A stretch of DNA of 61,145 nt, counting the filler, from Nemertoderma westbladi (taxonomy: Eukaryota > Animalia > Xenacoelomorpha), in assembly GCA_032718475.1 (NCBI GenBank). It is 4 parts of 4 records of this genome, joined end to end, with 100 filler letters (N's around TTAATTAATTAA, not from the genome) between each part and the next. Parts side by side here need not be neighbours in the genome. Positions count along the whole stretch, not along the records: positions 39,476 to 58,019 come from JAUCBJ010005197.1; positions 58,120 to 61,145 come from JAUCBJ010000722.1; 2 more parts are not named here. One strand, given 5' to 3'. Positions 52,124 through 61,145 of the stretch are shown in pieces. The notes below the pieces were generated by a model. It saw nothing but the letters and a program-made list of their open reading frames with translations. It had not been told where the DNA came from and did not search any database. The position numbers and the translations under genes are program-made. Position 1 is the first letter of the stretch. Every line of letters starts with the position of its first letter.

Positions 52124-55100
52124 AGAAGACTATAACGTAATAATACCTATAATTAAAACAATTAATTATTTTAATTCTATAGTTAATAAAAGCAGTATAT
52201 CATTCCTGGGATGGAATTTATAGGTCATCTAATATAATTAATTGTTTAAAGATTAGCAAACAATACGATGTAATTGCATTGATAAAACCCATAAATAAAA
52301 CTTGGATATAAAATGTAAAATCGGGATGCAAAAGATCACTTTTGGATACAAAATCCAATGAAAATTGGATACAACTTATCTGGATACAAACGGTCCGTTT
52401 ACCTTACAGAATGAAAAATACGAATGTGCGAAGTTAAGATCAGTCGGGGGGGAAGTGTCCGCGGGGGGGAAGTGTCTGGGGGGGAAGTGTCTGGGGGGGA
52501 AGTGTCTGGGGGGGGGGAAGTGTCTGGGGGGGAAGTGTCTGGGGGGGAAGTGTCCGGGGGGGAAGTGTCCTACTTGAGCGGGGGGCGAACTGTCCGGGGG
52601 GGGGGGGGGGGGGGAAGTGTCCGAACACCGATATGCAAAGAACCACCCTTCACGTGCAGCTCATCTTAAATCATTTTCCAAAGCTGTTCCACTTCTAACA
52701 AATCTAATCACACTGGTTGAGGATATCTTGTCTTGTAAGGCTCGTTTGAATTACGGTTAGTTTATATTATATATGGTTAGTTATGACTGTTAGTGTATCC
52801 ATTCACTGCACCACCCAGTAAGAAAATGGGGAGCTGTGATTTACGAATCACAACCAAGTATGCAATATCACCCAAAAGTAATATTGCATACCAGAAGGGA
52901 ACAGGGCAATAATGCCAGCTTGGAGATGACACAAACACATCTCAGGGAGAAGAAAGCATAGGGACAGGGGAGATAGGGAGTGGCGAGGGGGAAACCAACC
53001 AATGGAAGGGACAGTGTGCTGTGCATTCAATTAGCGCATATCTATTGGTAGGTCAACAAAGTAGGTAATATGTGTAATCTTCCATGCAATATCTATATAA
53101 ATGTTACTCAGTGTTAATTATGATTCAAGTTTTGTGCTATACTGATTGCGCTGTATTATACTGGTACTCATATATATATCAGACATTATCAGCAGTGATA
53201 AACTATATTGTTATTACACCGGCCTACCGGCCTTTCAGCCCCTTCACAATTAGAAAGCGGACGTGGTGATGTGTATTGCCAGGACACAAACATTGGTCGG
53301 GATCCTGAGCTAACTCGGATCCCATCACAATGAACGTCTGCCCACCGTAACAACAGAGAATATTGATCCACAAATATCACATCTCAACTTCTGATTATTT
53401 GATCCAGCAACAGATTTCAAATAAGCATATTTCCCCTTAAGTTATCCGTGAATTCACATTTTCGTTTTGGCATACTGGTACTTGGACTCACTCCACAGCA
53501 CCACAAGGGATCTCTACCTACAGTATGCAAAAGATCACAGTATTTAGATACAGTACCGGAACCTTAGGTAGATATTACAATATTTGTGTTTGTTTCTCAA
53601 CAAGTTCATTTTGTTTACCGATAAGTTCCTGATGCACCCTTGACTCCTTAAATGGTTTACGAGGACAAGTCTCTGCAACTCTTGGATCAACAAAGTCTGT
53701 GTCACTTCCAACTCTTCAACAAGCTTTCTTTTCAGAGACTCCCTTCGATTCTTTCTTTTACTGGTGTTGACGCTTAGTTTATGGTAGTATTCAATGCTGA
53801 CAACAAACTATTCAACTTCAGAGTTAGTGGGATAGTTGATACCGATGAACTGGTGGATTCCTCAGTACTAAACCCAGAGCTTACTCCAGATTTCACTTGA
53901 TAATTTAAGATGACAAATCATTATCCTCAGCTCTTCCAACCAATAATTCTACCTGCTTTTTTTGGTACGGTTTTATTAAAATTTGCTTGTTCCCTATTGA
54001 GTTTTTGTCTAGGGTTATTTTAAGTAGTTTTTAAGTACCGGTAGTTTGTTTCTCTGAAATAGCAACGCCATTGCTGTTTCTCTGAAATAGCAACGCTGTT
54101 GGCAGTGTAGCGAGCAGTAGTGGTGTTATTGATTGTAGCTGCTCACCTTCCCAAGCTGTTCGGAGTTTAGATTTACTTAGAAGAATCCTTCCTTGTTGGA
54201 TATGTGGCTCCTTACAAAACGAAACTGCACCACAATGTGGGCGTGGGGGAATAATCCTCAGGGAGGATTCTCCCACACCAGGCATATGCGTGACAACAAG
54301 TATATAGAAAAAGGACCTTACACCGAGTCCTTTCTTATTTAATTATGGATGTTAATTTCTTATTTAATTATAGACCTTTCTTATTTAATTATAATTATAT
54401 TTCCTGAAACTTGGCAGGTGTCTTTTTACAACCTCTTTATATTATCTGGTCCTCGCTGTCTAGCTCCCAATAGGGACTCTTCAATGTCATTAGTAGGCAA
54501 GATCATTTGTGACAATATTTCTTAATGAAGGAGATTGAGCAGTCGGATCACCAAACACATTGCAACGATCAAATACATCCAATTACATTTTCTTATTCAT
54601 TCTATCATCTTCATCTCTCGTCATTCTAGATGTCCCACACTCAATTATCAGTATAATCATTGTCTGGTTCACACAAGAATACTTTATGCATCTGTGCAGA
54701 TATTCGACTTCGTAATTTGTATGATAGAGCCCAACGACTTCGTGCAGATGTGTGCTCTTAGTTATACCAACAATACCTCTAATTTTTACCTATCGCATTT
54801 AACCATTCCTGTCTATGATCAGCATCAACTTGGTTATATAACTGATTTGTAGTCTTAACAACAAAGTTACCTGCTTTAAACTAGGATTTCACTTCTGCTG
54901 GCAACATATGTATCTGTGCAAGATATACTGTGAGTAATTGTGATTATCGTAATGGAAGAAGTACGGTAGTATCTCCCTAAATGCATCTCAATGTAGCTCC
55001 CAAATTCCATCACGTTGGGCTCTAATATGCAGCAAAAGGATGCTTACCATCTACATGTACTGCCACCAGAACTTCGCAGTGGGCTTGTCATGGCATAATT

Positions 55101-55289
55101 GTAAAATAAATATGTCTATTGTTTTATTAAACCTCTGAGATGCTAATAATTGATCAATTCTTAAAAATTTTATGATTTCCCAGATGATGCATCTATTTGA
55201 AGACTCAGAATCAACTCATTGTCATTTTTTTTATTTTTTTTATACAACTCATTGTTATTTTATTACAAACAGTAAGCGGTTGAAATAAG

Positions 55290-55692
55290 TTTGAGAGCCT
55301 CTCGATGTTGGGCTTAACAATCCCGAGTGTGAGCTCCCACCCCTTGGTAATGACTTTGAAGGTTTCATTTTCTATTAAGAGCAACAAGTGATTGCCCATG
55401 CGACACTTGCAGTATCCCAACCATAGTGAACACATAGAGAACACAGAGAACACCATAGAGGAGAACACAACCATAGGCCACTGTCGACTATTGGTTTTAC
55501 TGAGTATTTTCCTATATGCTGGTATACCTGGACGGTCCCACCCTTCATGTAATGTAATGCAATGTAAAGCGCTTGTTGAGCGCTTTGTTGAGCCTTGTTT
55601 AGCGCAGGTTTGTATTTCCCATCATCCTTTGTTACTCCTAGCAGGGGTGTAGTTGATGTCAGCATTGATACTGAAAATTTATGAATATCCAT
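55290..55692 (-). mobile_element. piggyBac transposase C-terminal remnant
   Basis: VSMLTS..DDGKYKPAL..MKGGT..IGKYSVKP..WPMVVF. Confidence 0.7.
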
Positions 55693-58019
55693 TTATACAT
55701 TCATTTATGAACAACTATAGCTGAGAAATCAATAAAAAACAAACTAATAATTAACTAATGATAAATTAATAATTATTTAATTACCAATGTATGCTAAAAC
55801 TATGGGGGGGGGGGGGGGGTGGGGGGAGGTTGTGGTATGGAAGTGTTATTGATATTGGAATATTCATAAGTGTGTGTACACATTGTACGTAAAGTATTCA
55901 TGCATACATTATGTATTTTATCACCACCCCCCCCCCCCCCCACGCCCCTCCTGTCAGAAACTATAGCAAACTTTATCTTTAATAATTAATTTATAATTAA
56001 AAATAAATAAAAACTTAGTTATCTGGGGGGAGCCTCGAGGAAATAATGGGGAGATGGGTCGACTCCCCCCATGAAAATCCTGCTCCAAAACCGCTATGAA
56101 TGACCACCACGAGAATGCCGTTGTTGTACAATCTTGGCGGGGGTCAATTGCGGCATTACAAACGTCAGACTCGATGACCGATCCCTAAAAACAAAAAAAA
56201 ATATTATTAAAGTAGTTAGTACACCACTTTTCGCACAACTCTTCGATTTTGTCACTCCCAGCGTTTAAAATTTGTTTAGTTTGAGGAATAATTTGGGATA
56301 TACAAATCTAAGATGGGATTGTACATGACTGATCAGAAAAATCTTATTTTCGTTATTTAATATTAGTTAATAATAGTTAACAATGAAACATTTTTTTTTT
56401 ATAATTTAATTTTTTCTTTTTTAAATTAATTTTTTAAAAGATAGCGCAAGAGTGTGGGGCAACATATCCCTCAGACGAAATTTTGTGAAAATAAATGCAT
56501 GCACTCCGCTGTGTGGCGCTGCAAATTTATTTTTTGTTATAAATAGTATTAAATTTTTATGAACTAAAAATTTAAAAAAGTTGTCATATTTAAAATTGTA
56601 GTATTCAAATACTGGATGATATAAGTGCATTGCCGGAGAGTCAAATATATTATAAAATTATTTATTATGTAAATTGTTATGAGATATTAATAAGTTTCTA
56701 ATGGCTCGTTCACATAATTATAACGCAACACCACCCCATATCCTACTAGAGGCATTACAACATGAACGCAAACTACTCAACTCCCACAACCCCTACTTTA
56801 TATAATACAAATGTGATAAACCACCCATAATGGTTCGAATATTAATTCATAATGAATTAAATATTTTTAATGTACCTACTGCAGTGTCAGTGATAATTGT
56901 ACCATATTTAGGATATGATTTAGATGGTGCCTATTTAGGATAAATATTGTAGCAATACGATATAAAAAAAAGTTAAACAAAAACTCCCACGTTATGTAAA
57001 CGAGCACTAATTAACAATATAATAACATATTTTATTAAAAACATATGTAATAATTAAATTAATTAAAATTAATATAACAATAAAATAATAAACAACATCG
57101 GTGTGACTACAAATACGGAAATATGATAAAAACAACACAATATTAATAATTAATCATTGTTATTATAATAATAGGATAACTAAGGGTTCACACTTACATG
57201 ATGAATGCCATGGAGTAGTAGGCCGACTTTAAACGTTTAGCCTACAGCGGCAGTGTGGAGGCCGACTCCCCCCCCCCCCCCTTCCCCCATCTTCTTCTTG
57301 GGAGCGGTGACTACGCTCAATAACCGGAGGCGCATCTATGACCTGTGTGGCAGTCGTGGGGGTGAGGTATTCCGCCGGAATAACGCCATAATTATCCTTA
57401 TCCATCTGAAATGTTAAAATCATTATATTAGTAAAAAAATATGTTGTTTATTGTTTGGCCATTACAAGGGCCGTTTGGGTTGGTAGAACATGCACACTCT
57501 GACTAACTTAATGTGAAATTTCAGAAAGCAGAGCATGCCGGATTGTGGCATAAAACTTCCCTTGCCCATGGTCTTTAGAGAGGTCTATGCCGCCTGAATC
57601 AAGGATATTACTATCCTCAATTTGGTGACATAGGGGTCCTCCCGTGGCAATGGCACAACCATAGTTAGTATGATGAGCCATGTGACCATTTGCTGGTTTG
57701 TTGCTACCCGCCTCATATTAAAATTTGGATCAAGGTAGATTTTTCGCCGGTGCATCAAGCGAGGAAAGATCTGTGACCATAATACCAGTGAGGAGCCATT
57801 GGCAGAGTAATATTGTATTATTCTCCTCAAATTCGATGTATTATGTACTAATGCGAAGATCCGATAATCTTAATTGGATTGTGGGGCTGCTTACAAACAA
57901 AAGGGATAGTTCCGGTAAGGGGTTTCGAGTGGGGCATACTTGCAAGGATATTATTTTAATAATAATACCGGTAGTAAAATTCGCGGTGGTGACACTGGAT
58001 AGAGTTAATTAACTCCTAC

Positions 58020-58119
58020 NNNNNNNNNNNNNNNNNNNNNNNNNNNNNNNNNNNNNNNNNNNNTTAATTAATTAANNNNNNNNNNNNNNNNNNNNNNNNN
58101 NNNNNNNNNNNNNNNNNNN
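58020..58119. other. assembly gap with linker
   Basis: N-run containing TTAATTAATTAA. Confidence 0.99.
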
Positions 58120-58318
58120 AAAATATTTAAATTATTTTATATTTTCAAGATTTTAAATTAGTATTTAATTTTAAATTTCAGACCTGCCTGTCACTACTTA
58201 CTTCGTTCGATTTCTGTTTTAATACTTTACTATTAAGTGCCATCCTCAATTCCGTAGGTTCTAAATTGGTATGTATCTTTTTAAAAATAATTGTATTGCT
58301 TTAACATTTTATATATTA

Positions 58319-58356
58319 GCCCTGAAGAAGCCCGTGAGGGTGAAACGGCTGTCGGC
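58319..58356 (+). ncRNA. minimal type I hammerhead ribozyme (Penelope/retrozyme type)
   Basis: GCC-CTGAAGA-A-GCCC(GTGA)GGGT-GAAAC(GGCT)GTC-GGC: complete core, stems I-III and a GUC cleavage triplet. Confidence 0.85.
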
Positions 58357-58416
58357 AAACTCTATTTATTTTAACTCGTGGTGTTAAGACCCCTTAAGCC
58401 CTACGTCCTTTCAAAA

Positions 58417-58558
58417 ACTAATTTATCAGACAGAACAAAAAGCTTTTAAGGACTCGTAGGCCTACTGTCTCCTACGACTTGCTTTAACACTAATTTAGCA
58501 GACAGAACAAAAAGCTTTTATGGACTCGTAGGCCTACTGTCTCCTACGACTTGCTTTA
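58417..58558. repeat. about 72-bp tandem duplication downstream of the hammerhead
   Basis: ACTAATTTA.CAGACAGAACAAAAAGC..GACTTGCTTTA occurs twice, each copy with a TCGTAGG/CCTACGA hairpin. Confidence 0.9.
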
Positions 58559-59028
58559 TAGGCCGCTAGGCCCGTCTACTAATTATAATTAATGTTTTAA
58601 TGATTTTTGTTCAGGTTTATAGATAATAGTAGTAATTTAATAATTAAACTACCAGTATTGATTTGTTGTGCAGTAAATATATTGTATTATTTTAATATAA
58701 ACGTAATAATAAAAATGTTGAAAACTAAACTAATGTTCCAGCGGTTTGAAGTAAAGTAGTAAAAAGTTGCCTAAAATCCCTTATATACTTACAACGCCAC
58801 ATATTATACTGATTACTTTAATTGAAATTCGGGATTCCGATAAAAGTTGCAATCCCGAACCCGGCAAAAAGTCCCGAAATCCCGTTTAAACCCTACCATG
58901 TAACCACGTAAATGTAACACGTGGCGCACACCGTTCACACACACCCAGTTCTTCTCCAAGATGTAAAATTCAGTTGTATTTATCTAAATAAACAATATTA
59001 TAATAATTAATAAATAAATCGTACTCAC

Positions 59029-60185
59029 CTAAACCCCAATACATTTAAGCCATCGAGAACGCTTTTGGTGAATTCAAATGGCGATGTGGACGCGCCCAGC
59101 ACTGCCTTCTTGAGCGAAGATAAATCGTACTTGTCGACATTGGCGAGAAGATCAACGTACATTGTGGGCGTGGCAAGAATCACCGTGGATTTGTGCTGTT
59201 CGATGGCCTCGCAAAGTTTAATCGGATCGAAAAGTCGTGATGGAATAACGTGAGTAATCCCGAAAAGTGAATTCGTCATAAGGGTTCCTACGAAACCCAT
59301 AGAATGGAAGAATTGTACTGGAGTCACGTAAACGTCGCCACCTAAAGGGTTACGATAATCAGCTGCTAACATTGAGTTGATGCACTGGAAATGGGACAGA
59401 GTAGCGGCTTTTGGTACTCCGGTAGTTCCGCTGGTAAACGCGACCAGCAGAGGATCGTCGGGGTCTACGTCTACAGGCGACCAATCACTGGGATCCCCGA
59501 GACGCTTAACATCCGTTAGTGTAAGAGTTCCGGGTCGCGGCTTATCGTCAGTGAATATCACGTGACGTAATTCCGGTAACCGGGCGGCGCGGAGAGGTTC
59601 CGCCCCTTCGAGTTTACCGATCTCCGGGCAAATATCGGAGATGCTCGCGTAGTAATCTAGTGTTCGAATCCCCGGAGCGCAGACCAGGGCCTTTACATCG
59701 ACTTTCTTTAACGCGAGTTCTAATTCGAATTTAGTGAAGGCGATATTTATAGCTACTATAATGAGTCCTGCCTGGGTTGCAGCGTGAGCTGCGAGCACCC
59801 ACTCAAAACAGCTGGGCGCGTAAATCCCCACTCGGTCGCCGGATCCCAAACCCAACGCCTTAAATCCCGCGGCGAGTACCAAGGATTCCTCGTAAAGTTG
59901 AGCGTGAGAAACTCGTTTATCGTTCTCGTGGAAGATATAGGCGGCGCGTTGCTTGTGAGTTTCAGACGCTTCGAATAATATTTGGCCGTAACTCTTGTAG
60001 ACATAAGGGAATTCTCGTGGAACGTGGACGTAACTTGAAGTTAAGGCGGTTTCCCGCGCGAATAATGCCGGCTTATCTTCAATATTATTTGTTACATTGT
60101 GAATTAATCGGAAGTTTCTTACGAATAGTCGTGGCTTAATTGATATGGCAACCCTCGACGATATTAAAACTCGTAAGGCCGCCAT
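59029..60185 (-). CDS. ACSF2: mitochondrial medium-chain acyl-CoA ligase (ACSF2-like), first coding exon
   Basis: Arg-rich, acid-free N-terminus (presequence-like), SYVH, GDRVGIYAP, AMP-binding FTSGTTGVPKAATLSH, FHSMG, TPTMYVDL. Donor TTTAG|GTGAGT. Confidence 0.88.
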
Positions 60186-61145
60186 TTAACAAATAATATT
60201 TTATTTAATAACCGTTTTTGTAAAAGAAAATGTTCAAAATATTTTATATTGATTGTACCAGTTGACCCGATTAAAAAAGTGGATTCGCGATACTTTATGT
60301 TATTATAATAAATATTATTGTATTTAAATTTGATTTTACCGAATTTAATGATATCGCAATCGAATATATTTCTATATAGTAAAATCACTTCGTTATTTTA
60401 GATTTTTACTGAATAATTAAAACTTACCCTTAGTTTACCTCTGACTTACAAATTTAATAGCATTCCAAATATCATTCCATATTGGATTATATTATTATGT
60501 ATTATTATTTTCTTACAAAATTATAAATATAATTTAATTACAAGAAAGCACTACAACTACAATAAAAGTTAAGACCTAACTGTTCTCTAAGTGTGTATAT
60601 TGGTTACTTATAACGTACAACATTATTATAAAAATAATAATACAATATCAGCTCAAATAAAACCATACCGCACCGCACCCAACCAAAGCAACCAATAACC
60701 AACAATGTTAATAATAAATACCCAAACTGTATTCGCTTAATATCTTAGCATGGTTTAACAACATAATATATTACATATTGCAGTATAAATAGTAATCCAT
60801 GGATCCTTGTCGTGTTTAACAGTTGTTGCCAACCAACGAACCCCGCTATTGCAATTTAATTCAATATCATTAAAGAGATTAAATAGCAGCTGTGGTGGTT
60901 GGATGACATCTGCACCTCTGGACTCTTTATGTTAATGTCCGATAGGTTATTTCCGTGTCAACTGAGATGTAAAGTTCAATGTCAACACATAGAACTCAAA
61001 ATCCGACCAAAAAAGTATTTATAAGAATAAATAATTAAGTCAGACGGGAAATGTCGTAACCACCAACAACCTTTTTAGTAATAATTTTATAAATAACAAG
61101 TATTGGAGTTGGCATAAGGTGATAAAGATGTAGGTAAAATTACAA

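Larger units (their letters stand above)
51261..52629. mobile_element. foldback (MULE-like) element with tandem GGACACTTCCCCCC arrays in its TIRs
   Basis: GG...CC termini, inverted arrays at 51267-51378 and 52446-52622, and a perfect 8-bp TSD GATATGCA (51253-51260 / 52630-52637). Confidence 0.9.

Noticed and set aside
52365-52669. GGKCL / GGEVS repeat ORFs
   Set aside because: Translations of the TIR tandem array of the foldback element.
53000-54300. Cys/His-rich minus-strand remnant (possible LINE ORF1)
   Set aside because: Too many stops and frameshifts to support a call by eye.
48817-54887. 75-bp direct repeat at about 48817 and 54810 as LTRs
   Set aside because: Too short, no TG..CA ends or PBS/PPT, and no gag-pol between them; more likely two fragments of one dispersed repeat.

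Overview
AT-rich, repeat-dense eukaryotic (invertebrate-type metazoan) scaffold with three 100-nt assembly gaps padded by a TTAATTAATTAA linker. Host genes: (1) a complete 4-exon Shank/ProSAP scaffold gene on the minus strand (18693->5273, about 2152 aa), including one exon the ORF track missed and about 30 copies of an 11-aa GVPPPDIGKTS repeat; (2) an intronless PARL-like rhomboid nested antisense in Shank intron 3, with both catalytic residues replaced; (3) the first exon of a mitochondrial ACSF2-like acyl-CoA ligase. The rest is nested transposon debris: hAT, P/THAP, pogo, Sola-like, piggyBac, Kolobok-like, MULE-like, Helitron, Crypton, BEL/Pao, RTE and other LINEs, plus a minimal type I hammerhead ribozyme. 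The best candidate for an undescribed system is a two-gene element at about 22.2-29.1 kb: a KDZ/Dileera(DUF6589)-like DDE transposase facing a convergent, decayed ORF with a MADS-box-like domain and a PHD-like finger. All family assignments come from motif recognition by eye; no searches were run.
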